Source of the DNA: Geosiphon pyriformis uo1
Lineage: Eukaryota; Fungi; Glomeromycota
Assembly (NCBI GenBank): GCA_016748015.1
Contig: JAAOMT010000193.1
Coordinates: forward strand, 62,001 to 126,000
Direction: 5' to 3'
DNA: 64,000 nucleotides
Positions 13,433-26,099 of the stretch are shown here, in pieces. The notes under the pieces were generated by a model. That model searched no databases. It had not been told where the DNA came from and was given only the letters and a program-made list of their open reading frames with translations. Every line of letters begins with the position of its first letter. Within the stretch, counting starts at the first letter, position 1. A program made the position numbers and the translations under genes.

Positions 13433-14253
13433 TTAGGGAGTCTTTTGTGCCACATTAGGGTTGATCTTTTTGCCATCCTATACATTGCCAATAAGTTACT
13501 TTGAGTTTAATTCAAAGCGAAGTTAAACGATATTTCATACAAGTACCTTATTATATCGAACTCTTGCTGGTGGAGCGCGATTACGACGACCTTCACGAGA
13601 TCTTACTCGAACCACGTGTGAGTGAATTGCGCACGATACACAATAATGGACCTTGATATAAAGTTTTGGCAAAGTATATTCTAGGACGCAATGCGAAATA
13701 TAAAATGATTAATTTCACTTCAATGTTAATATGTTAATATTAATCCAAAAACGAGAATCACTAATACCTGGGAAAACACAGGCTTCTGTTATATCCCGAA
13801 TTGCCGCACTCTCAACCATATTACGCACGGTAAATCTTTTGATCGCTTTATCCTACCATGTGTATTCGCACAATCAAAGGCAGCCATTAATCTAGTGTAA
13901 AACAAAAATTATGGGAAACAATCCAAAAGATGCATACCTTTGGCACACAACGAGCACAGTTGGAACAGCGTACTGGCTTAACATGGCCACGCCCGTGCTT
14001 GTTACGTCCATGATTTCTTCTCTTTCCGGTCTATTTAAAATAGGAAACATTCAGACACTTCACGATCCTTTTATCCTAGCACCAGCTTAAATTTTTTTGC
14101 TAGCTATCTTATTCAAAAAAATCAAACTGGGCTTGTCATAACACCTCGGTGATACCTATTTCTTGAAAGCTTTAACGACACTCTTAAAATCTTTTCTTCG
14201 GTTACCACTATCATGAATAAGTCTTGTTGCAGAACTTAGAGATGACCTACCAT
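13433..14253 (-). CDS. RPS26: 40S ribosomal protein S26 (eS26); ATG-only first exon, 5 exons
   Basis: ATG|GTAGGT at 14253, then [31 protein letters not shown]|[21 protein letters not shown]...[26 protein letters not shown]...[14 protein letters not shown]. Confidence 0.96.
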
Positions 14254-14991
14254 GGTTGAAATCGCAACTGTTTAAGGGATGGATGAAGAGGATAATATTA
14301 CCATATTTACGATTTTTTCTAATATATAAAATCACGTGCATAATTAAAAATTTTTGAGATATGAGCTAAACCAATATTTAAACGAGTATGAATGTAAACT
14401 AACATTATTTGAAACCCATTATATATTACGAAAATTTATGACATTATCACTTAAATTGAATATTAAGCTACAAATTTATAAAATATTAACATTAATTATG
14501 TCGTTTTTCATATTAAACATTTTTGAGATCCCAATTAACAGTTAAAGCTAAATTACAAAAATTAGAATTTTGTGAACGGTGCCAAATTTCAGGCGCCCAT
14601 CCATGAACCTGGTAAACTTCTTGGTTTATTCATATTTTTTTATTTTTACCCGTTTCCAAAATATTGTTATTGGCGAACGATCCATATTCTCAATAATTAT
14701 CGAATTTGCTATGTCATTCTGGCTGTGAAAATTAATTTTTAGCTTGGGCCGATATTTAACCTAGATCTCTTTGATATCAAATGAATAAGATAAAATCACA
14801 TCAATTGTTAAAGAGATTTCCTATCAGCATAATTAAAAAGATCACATTTCAGCTTCATATACCGTAGAGCACGTGTAATACCCCTTTTTAGCCAATTAGG
14901 CCTATAGCTGATTATTAGGCTATTTTTGAAATAATGTATTATCTAGTACCCCGGCTAATAGAAGCAGTGCTCTACGGTAATTTTTTTCAAG

Positions 14992-17900
14992 CTAAAAATC
15001 ATGATAATTGGACTTACTTCTAGACTTCAACTTCAAAATTAATCTTGGCTTTGGTGGATTTGATTCTAATACTGCAGTGGGGGGAATAGAGACAGGAGCT
15101 TCTGGTATCACTGCAGTTGGTTCAGAGACGCCCTTTTGCTGTTTTTGCGACTTTGATCCTGTTCTTTCACTAGCGCGAGATTTTTTAACTTTAGATGATC
15201 TGGGTGATTTAGAGCTGGAAGATCCAACAGATGATGTCGACTGTGCTGGAGTTTCCGGAGGCGGTGTGATTACTGTAGGCTCAGGATTTGTCTTTATTCT
15301 TTTCCTCTGGCCAGCCTTTTCTGTTACAGTTGTCTCTGCTGCAGCTCTTTCCTTCTGTTTTAGTACAAGCATTTTATTGATAGGTTCGCCTTCGATCGGT
15401 TCTTCCACGACTGAATCACTAAATCCTTTAATTGACTAGGAAATATATATTAATATCAGATACAAATAATTTTATATTCATATATATTAATCAAAAGGAA
15501 TACTTACCTTGGTCCAGCAACATGGTCCCCGATCCACTTTAGTCATAGCCTGAGCGAGCTGTCGACGAACATATAATGATGGGTCAGAGCAAGCTATCTG
15601 CTGAATATAATTGGTTGCAGACTCCGTTTGCCAGCTGTCAAGCATAATAAGGGCGCGAAAAGCTGCGAGACGCACGTCGACGTAGTTGCCGAACCTAAAG
15701 GAAGAGAATAGCAATTATAAAACATTTTCAGCTTGTAGAAACCCGAGACAAACTTACAATGTATGTGTTAGGAAAAACTCCCTGTCGACATGTAAAATGT
15801 CTTCGGACAAGGAATTCATTAATCCAAAAATTGTCTAAAATTAGGACGCCAGGTTTTATTCAGTGTTAAAAGTTTGGTAGAGGCTAAATTGAAATCTTCT
15901 CACCTCAAGATAAGCTACTGTAATCGTATTTTTATATGAAGGAAGCAAAATATCTCGCCATCTATATCTTTCCAACTCTTCAAGAGCTTCATTGAGATTT
16001 TCAGGTGGCACCTCCAATATACCTTCAATACTTCCATTTCCTCCGGTTTCCACTTTATCCGGTTTTAATGCGTTTCCAATCGCGCTTATCAAGGTACTGA
16101 TGTAATAGTTATCGGAAAACTGAAGCAAAATAGAAATAAATATTGCACGAAATGTGCGTACGTAAAATATATAATTTGAAAATACCTCGTTATTCGCGTT
16201 ATCGTTATATTTTAGTAATGTCACAAGAAAATCGACGACCTTTTTCCTCGAGATCTCATCCAGACGTCTTCCGCTGGATATTGCCCAAATGATGGCCTGG
16301 CGGAAAATAAATATTAGGCTCTAATACCCTACTTAGTTTATCTTATTTTATTCCTTTAGTTTACCTTTTTTAAAAAGTAACTATCAAGATTGGAAAAGTC
16401 ATTTGAGAGTGGGATTAACTTATCAGGCGATGGATAACAAAATTGCTCTTTAAAAGCTTTGAAAAGCTGATCCAATCCTATGGTCTTCAAATTGACATCG
16501 CCACGATCTGTTCTAACACTCCCAACACACTATTTATATGAGTCCCGTTAGAATTTAGGTGAACCATTAAGTTTACCACAACTTTATGTATTCATTAAAA
16601 AATGACTTACATTCGCCATCGCATAGGCTGCTTCCATTCGCACCTTACAAAAATATTTCTCATCTTTTAGCGTTTGTAGCAGAGTGCTGGAACATTCTCG
16701 CGAGGGCATGGTCGATAACATCTGAATAGCCTATAACATTTATTTTTAATTGTTAATAAAAACTGAATGTTGAGAAAACTCTTCGAGTTATGTCGTTAAT
16801 TATTACCTCGTATTGGGCCACAAAATCGATGTCTTTTTGCAATTGTGTAGCCCACATGTAATCAGGCTGATTGAATTTCATATCACAGAGCCACCCAAAA
16901 TCCTCGTCAATGCGTATCCATTCAAAAGTGTCCCCACTTCAACGAACATTGGGATAAAATATCTTTAAAGTCAAATTAAAAAACCTCCAGACGAGGGTCT
17001 CGAGATGAAACAAGCAATTTTTATTCTATACAACCTTACCTAGCATTCCCTTTTTCGTCCACTTCACCCCATGCAGCAATTTGCCATTCTTGCTTTTCAT
17101 TCTCGTCAATTTTAAACCCCCAGATTTCGGCAGCACCGGGACCATTTACCGTATTTACTTCTTCTTGAGCGGCCGCCAGTTTTGCTTGAAATCGCTTTGT
17201 ATTTCGGCGGATTCGCTTATATTTAGTATGAAACGGAACTTGGTGCTTTTCGTTCGATCCGTGAATATTAATTAAATGCTCATAAGATTTTCCGTCTGCT
17301 TCGTGGACACAAACTATCATAGGGCCCTATAAATCTAGGAACTTGAATAAAATATTCCTAATGGCTCGTAGAATATTTTGAGAAATTTATATGACCCACC
17401 GTAAAGAGAGGAGTTGGATTGATACCACTAGCAACTGCATCCCCAATTCTACCATCCTTGGCATTAGTGTTTTGCTGAGAAATTTGAAATTCTACAACCA
17501 TCTTTTTTCTGTTCAAGTTGTATCTAACATCAAATTTGGGACAACCACTTCCAAGTATCCACTGCTGGAAGAACCTTTTGAACTGATCAAATCGCTCAGG
17601 AACAGCTTCTTGACATTCTTCCATAAGCTTCCTCATAGATAGTGTGTTGTTTTTTAGCTTTCCATTCTGGGCATTTTTAAGGATGGTGTCTATTATTCCA
17701 GGAAGTCCAAGATTATAACCACTTCGGCGCAGACGTTTATCCAGCATATAAAGCACAAGTGAAGCTTTCAATCGCATAAAATCCATATCATTAGAATCCA
17801 AAGGAATAGATGGATTACGGTTCAATAATGGAGGGCGCCCAACATCTAGTCTACACACTCGCTCCATATCCTATTTAAAAATAAAGAAAATTCTCATATC

Positions 17901-19570
17901 AATTAACGGAATCGATTTTTCAAGAATTATTTTCATCTTAAATCAAACACACCTTTTTGATACGAAAACGGACATCATTCTCCCCTAAAAGTTTTCTAAG
18001 GAACAAAATTCCAAAATAATTTGCAAGTCCAAGAGACAACCATATTTCAGACCTTTGAACAGGAAAGGAGTTACTTCTGAACAAAAAAAAGATTAGGAAA
18101 CCCATAAGAAAAACTATATAAGTTTAAATTTATCTTACCAATTTGTTGAAATAATATATATCCCAAACCATTGTGAAGCAAGAGCTTGAACCATGTGTAT
18201 CCTTGTATCATACACTTGGTCAATTATATCGATCGGATGCAAAAGCGAGGAACTGCAATTTATGAAAGATGAAATATATTTTGAATTATTCAACTACAAA
18301 TATGTATATATTTATGATAGGATGCACATTGTACCTGCAAATTGACATACTGGCTAGAGATGTAACTGGTGCGTAGGCATTATCTACAAACGCTAACTTG
18401 TATGAGGAATAAGGAAAGAACCCAGGCATTTTCAAAGGCTGAGGGTCAGCTAAATCTGGACTGGGAGCATGATATGATTGATATTCATCTATGAAAAATC
18501 TCATTGCCTAAATAATTGGGAAATATATTGAAAATTTAGAAGTAATATTCAAAATGGGTTGGTTTAAAATTTTCATACCTCATTCAAGAATGTCCAACGA
18601 TCATCACTGTCCAACCCAAAAGTCGAAAGAATGAGATCTTTTCGTCCGGGTAGACAATAACCGATAATTTTAGGGAAATCACGATCATTCGCAGAATATG
18701 GAAACTCAATAGCTTCAAGTGGACCAGCAACAAAACCGATATGATGTGCTGGTGTTAATACATCAAGCTTGAATCTGAAAAAGTTTTTAGTCGGAAAAAG
18801 ACCATCTGAAGCTTCTACCAATGATGGGATGGTTGCTTCTTCGACAAGCTCTCCATTAGAAACAACCACCATATTATAGCTATCGAAATTTACGATTGTA
18901 TACTTCAAATCCCATGTACATCGTTCCCATAAATGATCAATACAAGGAAGCCAAAGTCTTGTCGCGCCAATCGTTGGCTGATTTACTGTATACATGTGAG
19001 GAGCGATATGTGGAGCAACTCTAGATTCGTTTTGCACATAAAATACGCCTCCTTGAGGTTTATGAACCTCATAATCGATTTTCACAATCAACTTCTTGAC
19101 CCCTTCATTTTCAGGTACCTGCAAAATTAATGAAGGGTAATATAGCAAATATTGAAAGGGCTGCTTTCAGGGAATAACTTACCTCAATCGGAGACGAGTT
19201 TTCAGGGATCCAGACATCCACTTCTCCATGGTATGACTCATCCGTCACGTCAAATTTGGCTGGAATTTCATTAACTTTTATTCCCAACAAGGCTAATTTG
19301 TAGAAGCGGATAAGAAAAGAGTAAAAAGGATGAATTTTGAGGGTTGTGAGTCTTGCTGGCAAAATAAACCATACTGCATTGGCGGCTGTGAAGACGGATT
19401 GAGGATGGCTTTTCTCCTGTGAGAGGCCGAATCTCTAAAGAAGTTGACCCCTTAAGGGAATAATCTCGTAGGTCAATTTCGACATCAACAACCTGATGCA
19501 TGAGTGAGAATCCGCGTTTTTTGGCATAGTCATCGTAAGTCTTTACACCTCCTTCTGTTTTTTGCGGCAT
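14992..19570 (-). CDS. TAF2: Transcription initiation factor TFIID subunit 2 (aminopeptidase-like fold), multi-exon
   Basis: Exonic ORFs contain HQVVDVEID, RLWLPCIDHLWERCTWDL, KASLVLYMLDKRL, GSGCPKF, VHEADG..YEH, PFHTKYKRIRRN, EWIRIDEDFGWLC, KYNDNANNEFSDNYY and GNYVDVRLAAF. Confidence 0.92.
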
Positions 19571-20140
19571 TTTTTAAAGTATTATACGGCTAGGAATGAA
19601 GGATCTGCTAAACCTTGGGATAGAATTAAGGAGGAAAGAATCAAGTACCAGATTTCGTGGTTAAAGTGGTTTGTAGAACATACATCAAATAATATTGTTT
19701 TACATGATTTTTGATATTTGAGAACAACTTTTTAGATCTGCTTGTTGTCGAAATATTTAAATTGTTATGATCTCAAATTGCTTGATTTTAATTACCTCGA
19801 CATGTAGATTTTGCATAGTAATATTTAACCGCGATGTGCATATTATACATGTTAATAGGTTACATTCTGGAAATCAATCGTGACCCACATATTATTACTT
19901 ATTATTTAATTACCAACCAGGTTGGTTTATTAATACAACAAAAAATAACCTATAATTTCGAAGTTTTCTAACTTTCCAATTATATTAGATAATTTAATTA
20001 TTACCATAAATTTCCAGATATCTTCTATGGAATTAAGGTTGATCTAGCGATTCCATTTCCTAATGTACCTGGTGCTTTGGATTGTTCAACATTCTTATCT
20101 AAAATAGGAAAATTATACCGAAATAAAATACAAGTCAGAC

Positions 20141-22231
20141 TCATAGTTGTACATTTTCACGTATTTCTATTGATTCCCATTCCGCCATTGATTCTGGAAC
20201 CCAGATCCAATCTCGAACTGTTGGTACACCATCGGTGGAATTGGTGAATGCAAGCTTCTTTAACTCATTTATTTGGCCTTCGAGCCCACTCTAATAATCA
20301 AATATAAGTGTTATTAAAGCTTTCATTAAATTTAAGGATATATGTAATGTTATACTTACAATCAAAGCATAAAGTAGTTCAAATATTTCTAGAAATTTTT
20401 CAATTTCGTTGAATGAAAATGGTAATATCGCTGATTTAATTTGCGAAATTATATAGAAATGCTTTTTAACAAGCTGAATTTTGCTTAGCGTCATTCGATC
20501 ACCTAATAATATAAATTGCCATAAGATTCGTGCTGTTTAAAAAAAAACTGGTACAGTGGTGAATACATTACCAATAATCTGTACCATGTATGTGCATATA
20601 TTTTTCACATTCTCTGGATTCTTATCTAAATAGTCTCTCAGAAGGGATACCAGTCCAAACATTGCTTCTTTGATAAGCTTCTCAGAATCTTCTTTTACAT
20701 GTTTCGGCACAGTGCTCTCGGGACCCCCTGATACTTCAATGAATACAATCTCCTTGTTGTTAGAAACTTTCAGAACACCATCTGCTTTATTCAGCGTCAA
20801 ATCAAATTCTGGAAACAACATCTTCACTTCTTTGATACAGTCAAGTTGTACTTCAATCCAGTTGAATATATACTCTTTATAAATAGATTGTATTGCCTTG
20901 AATAAAGGCACAATTCTTTCCACTGTGTACTTTCGTTCCCCAATATGACGGTTTAATGGACCATCGCTGGCCATTGAAAAACTGATTTAAACAATGTGAG
21001 TTAATATATTTTGCCGAGAAAGTATTCATGTAAAATCCTGAATATACTTACAAGTCATAAAGAATAATTTCACAAATCTTCCGAAATTGATGGTCAGGGA
21101 TTAGTGGAACCATAACAACATTCTTGAATACATCTTTTCCAGACTAAATGAGAAAAGTTTTTTAATTCAGATATAATATATATAGACTTCATATTAACTT
21201 ACTGATAATACAGTATAAAGCCAATCACGAACTGATCCTGGAATTATATTAATTTTGATTTCCTTCATGATAACACACTGCTGATTAATATCTATTGAAA
21301 AATGTTTATCCAGATATTTGATAGAATTTGCGGAAAGTATTGGTTTTTGAGGAGTGGTCATCACAGTGTTTTGCGATCTGGAAGGAGGTGTTTTAGACTA
21401 ATGGAAACAATATTACTTAGGTATAATACTTAAAAACAAATTAAATTACATAAAAATTAATCCGACATCAACTTACACCATCGTCATTGTTCCTCATTTC
21501 AATGTCATTTTTAGATCTCTTTTTCATCTGAATCAAACATTGTAAAAAAAAGAAATCTTAATTAACCTTTTTAAAATAATTAAAATACATTTTTATTACA
21601 TACTTTGTTTGGTTTTTCGTTGTAATCTAAATCTGTTTCCTCATAATCAAATTCCGTTTCTTCTTCTGATGAGCTTTTAGTTTCGACTTTGTTTTTCCTT
21701 GATGCCACTTCAGAACAAGATGGTTCTCCTTTCTAAAGGGTGCCGTAAAAAATAATAAAGTTTGATTAATAAATCCTTTCCGTAGAATAGCTATAACAAA
21801 TTATGTTCACAATTACAAATTTACCAACCTTGTATTCATCGATGACCGTTTGATTTGTGCGGTAGCCCTAATAGAAATATGAGTTAAACCATTGTGGAAT
21901 TTTTTCCCAAGATTGTTTTAAAGCTTACATTTGTATCAAAGCCACATTCTTCTTGTTCCTCTCGAAGTTTATGAATAAATTCTTTTACTTCGACTGCAGA
22001 GAAGGATCTCTCAAAAGTGGATAGACACTTGCTTAACTTGTTGGTTACATTTATATTATTGTCACTATTTTTTTTGTATCTCCGTAGCGACGTATATATA
22101 TCATCCTTAAGAACATCGATGGAATCTACATGTAATCGACACTTTGATTTTGTATGTTCCAAAATAGAAATAATTGTCCAATCCCTGCATTCTATATTTT
22201 TGAGATATTCTGTCACAATAGATTCGAACAT
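20141..22231 (-). CDS. Multi-exon hypothetical protein with C-terminal PD-(D/E)xK restriction-endonuclease-like domain (Crinkler-type REase-like)
   Basis: ATG at 22231 with canonical short introns. The C-terminal exons read ERKYTVERIVPLF...FNWIE...KADGVLK...EIVFIEVSGGP...HVKEDSEKL, an E...D...ExS/K arrangement of the REase fold. The last exon ends SGLEGQINELKKL...RENVQL* at 20141. Confidence 0.7.
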
Positions 22232-25200
22232 CTTGGAAAGAGGAAGAGATGAAACACAGTTAGCTCAAGTACTTCTCCGGAGACTAGCATCAAACATCTA
22301 ACGCAGGACGAATGGCCATACGCCAGTAGGAATACATAATGTATTCTGAAACTAGCATGCAGAGAGCCTGGAGACTGCTTTCAAGCATCTAACGCAGGAC
22401 GTAATGGCCATACGCTAGTAGGTATACACAACGCGCTCAAGTACTTCTCCGGAGACTAGCATCAAACATCTAACGCAGGACGAATGGCCATACGCCAGTA
22501 GGAATACATAATGTATTCTGAAACTAGCATGCAGAGAGCCTGGAGACTGCTTTCAAGCATCTAACGCAGGACGTAATGGCCATACGCTAGTAGGTATACA
22601 CAACGCGCTCAAGTACTTCTCCGGAGACTAGCATCAAACATCTAACGCAGGACGAATGGCCATACGCCAGTAGGAATACATAATGTATTCTGAAACTAGC
22701 ATGCAGAGAGCCTGGAGACTGCTTTCAAGCATCTAACGCAGGACGTAATGGCCATACGCTAGTAGGTATACACAACGCGCTCAAGTACTTCTCCGGAGAC
22801 TAGCATCAAACATCTAACGCAGGACGAATGGCCATACGCCAGTAGGAATACATAATGTATTCTGAAACTAGCATGCAGAGAGCCTGGAGACTGCTTTCAA
22901 GCATCTAACGCAGGACGTAATGGCCATACGCTAGTAGGTATACACAACGCGCTCAAGTACTTCTCCGGAGACTAGCATCAAACATCTAACGCAGGACGAA
23001 TGGCCATACGCCAGTAGGAATACATAATGTATTCTGAAACTAGCATGCAGAGAGCCTGGAGACTGCTTTCAAGCATCTAACGCAGGACGTAATGGCCATA
23101 CGCTAGTAGGTATACACAACGCGCTCAAGTACTTCTCCGGAGACTAGCATCAAACATCTAACGCAGGACGAATGGCCATACGCCAGTAGGAATACATAAT
23201 GTATTCTGAAACTAGCATGCAGAGAGCCTGGAGACTGCTTTCAAGCATCTAACGCAGGACGTAATGGCCATACGCTAGTAGGTATACACAACGCGCTCAA
23301 GTACTTCTCCGGAGACTAGCATCAAACATCTAACGCAGGACGAATGGCCATACGCCAGTAGGAATACATAATGTATTCTGAAACTAGCATGCAGAGAGCC
23401 TGGAGACTGCTTTCAAGCATCTAACGCAGGACGTAATGGCCATACGCTAGTAGGTATACACAACGCGCTCAAGTACTTCTCCGGAGACTAGCATCAAACA
23501 TCTAACGCAGGACGAATGGCCATACGCCAGTAGGAATACATAATGTATTCTGAAACTAGCATGCAGAGAGCCTGGAGACTGCTTTCAAGCATCTAACGCA
23601 GGACGTAATGGCCATACGCTAGTAGGTATACACAACGCGCTCAAGTACTTCTCCGGAGACTAGCATCAAACATCTAACGCAGGACGAATGGCCATACGCC
23701 AGTAGGAATACATAATGTATTCTGAAACTAGCATGCAGAGAGCCTGGAGACTGCTTTCAAGCATCTAACGCAGGACGTAATGGCCATACGCTAGTAGGTA
23801 TACACAACGCGCTCAAGTACTTCTCCGGAGACTAGCATCAAACATCTAACGCAGGACGAATGGCCATACGCCAGTAGGAATACAGTGTATTCTGAAACTA
23901 GCATGCAGAGAGTCTGGAGACTGCTTTCAAGCATCTAACGCAGGGCGTAATGACCATACGCTAGTAGGTATACACAACGCGCTCAAGTACTTCTCCGGAG
24001 ACTAGCATCAAACATCTAACGCAGGACGAATGGCCATACGCCAGTAGGAATACATAATGTATTCTGAAACTAGCATGCAGAGAGTCTGGAGACTGCTTTC
24101 AAGCATCTAACGCAGGACGTAATGGCCATACGCTAGTAGGTATACATAACGCGCTCAAGTACTTCTCCGGAGACTAGCATCAAACATCTAACGCAGGACG
24201 AATGGCCATACGCCAGTAGGAATACATAATGTATTCTGAAACTAGCATGCAGAGAGCCTGGAGACTGCTTTCAAGCATCTAACGCAGGACGTAATGGCCA
24301 TACGCTAGTAGGTATACATAACGCGCTCAAGTACTTCTCCGGAGACTAGCATCAAACATCTAACGCAGGACGAATGGCCATACGCCAGTAGGAATACAGT
24401 GTATTCTGAAACTAGCATGCAGAGAGTCTGGAGACTGCTTTCAAGCATCTAACGCAGGGCGTAATGACCATACGCTAGTAGGTATACACAACACGCTCAA
24501 GTACTTCTCCGGAGACTAGCATCAAACATCTAACGCAGGACGAATGGCCATACGCCAGTAGGAATACATAATGTATTCTGAAACTAGCATGCAGAGAGTC
24601 TGGAGACTGCTTTCAAGCATCTAACGCAGGACGTAATGGCCATACGCTAGTAGGANNNNNNNNNNNNNNNNNNNNNNNNNNNNNNNNNNNNNNNNNNNNN
24701 NNNNNNNNNNNNNNNNNNNNNNNNNNNNNNNNNNNNNNNNNNNNNNNNNNNNNNNNNNNNNNNNNNNNNNNNNNNNNNNNNNNNNNNNNNNNNNNNNNNN
24801 NNNNNNNNNNNNNNNNNNNNNNNNNNNNNNNNNNNNNNNNNNNNNNNNNNNNNNNNNNNNNNNNNNNNNNNNNNNNNNNNNNNNNNNNNNNNNNNNNNNN
24901 NNNNNNNNNNNNNNNNNNNNNNNNNNNNNNNNNNNNNNNNNNNNNNNNNNNNNNNNNNNNNNNNNNNNNNNNNNNNNNNNNNNNNNNNNNNNNNNNNNNN
25001 NNNNNNNNNNNNNNNNNNNNNNNNNNNNNNNNNNNNNNNNNNNNNNNNNNNNNNNNNNNNNNNNNNNNNNNNNNNNNNNNNNNNNNNNNNNNNNNNNNNN
25101 NNNNNNNNNNNNNNNNTGTATTCTGAAACTAGCATGCAGAGAGTCTGGAGACTGCTTTCAAGCATCTAACGCAGGACGTAATGGCCATACGCTAGTAGGT

Positions 25201-25389
25201 ATACACAACACGCTCAAGTACTTCTCCGGAGACTAGCATCAAACATCTAACGCAGGACGAATGGCCATACGCCAGTAGGAATACATAATGTATTCTGAAA
25301 CTAGCATGCAGAGAGCCTGGAGACTGCTTTCAAGCATCTAACGCAGGACGTAATGGCCATACGCTAGTAGGAATAAAGTATACACTCAC
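22232..25389 (-). other. Predicted ~3.2 kb 5'-UTR intron of the nuclease gene, hosting the tandem array
   Basis: Minus strand: AAG|GTGAGT donor at 25389, then GCTAAC branch point (22264-22259), a polypyrimidine tract TGTGTTTCATCTCTTCCTCTTTCC, and an AG directly before the ATG. A TATAAAT lies ~50 bp upstream of the donor. Confidence 0.7.
22263..25371. repeat. 172-bp tandem array (~14 units before the gap, ~1.5 after); each unit is a dimer of two related ~55-bp cores with two different linkers
   Basis: GCTCAAGTACTT recurs at 22263, 22435, 22607 and onward. The cores are GGAGACTAGCATCAAACATCTAACGCAGGACGAATGGCCATACGCCAGTAGG and GGAGACTGCTTTCAAGCATCTAACGCAGGACGTAATGGCCATACGCTAGTAGG. N gap at 24656-25116. 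Confidence 0.98.
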
Positions 25390-25676
25390 CTTCGCGAAAA
25401 ATATATTGAAAATTTTAAATGATCTTGCAGTGTGATTTATACAAAAAAAGTAAGGATAGGCAATACTTTTTGACCAATAGTTTGGTTGATTTTTCACCCC
25501 ATGGAAAAGTCGCATTGTTTGAATGTGGCGATGTGGATCGTCTTTACGCAGCTTTGGCTAATGGGTGATTGGTATCTGGAAACCTTTCGGATTTTCAGAA
25601 AGCGCATGATCCAATTGAGTCTCTTAAAAAATGTCTATTTATCGCAGATTTCATTTGACACAATCACGGGGTTTAC

Positions 25677-25930
25677 AGGTTTTTACCCTATTGCAGGTTT
25701 TACCTAATTTATCGCAGGTTTTACCCAATCTATTACAAATTTTACCCAATCTATCACAGGTTTTATCCAATCTATCCAATCTATCACAGGCTTTACCCAA
25801 TTTATCGCAGTTTTTACCCAATCTATCATAGGTTTTACCCAATCTATCCAATCTATTGCAGATTTTACCTAATTTATCGCAGGTTTTACCCAATCTATTA
25901 CAAATTTTACCCAATCTATTACAAATTTTA
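25677..25930. repeat. 21-bp minisatellite (consensus GGTTTTACCCAATCTATCGCA), ~11 copies
   Basis: Directly visible. It produces the spurious LPNLSQV / DRLGKTC heptad ORFs. Confidence 0.9.
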
Positions 25931-26099
25931 TATTACATGACTAATCATTACAGGTTTTACTATTTGTTATTTTAGATTTTATTCTGTTGTATTTTAATTG
26001 TTAACAATTTTTTACATATTAATTTACTAAATTTTATATTTTTTTAAATATTATTATTTTTTAATTTTTTATTGTTTTATCTATTTATGTAAAACATAC

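Noticed and set aside
14031-14250. Intronic C/D snoRNA in RPS26 intron 1
   Set aside because: A CTGA is present but there is no good RTGATGA box or terminal stem.
22263-22434. 5S rRNA, hammerhead/HDV ribozyme or TPP riboswitch repeats
   Set aside because: Similarity to 5S is limited to GGCCATAC. By eye there is no CUGANGA/GAAA core, HDV pseudoknot order or TPP consensus. An Rfam scan is still advisable.
22263-25371. CRISPR array
   Set aside because: Only two linkers alternate, with no unique spacers and no cas genes; the context is eukaryotic.
25631-25914. Heptad-repeat proteins LPNLSQV / DRLGKTC
   Set aside because: By-products of the 21-bp minisatellite, open on both strands.
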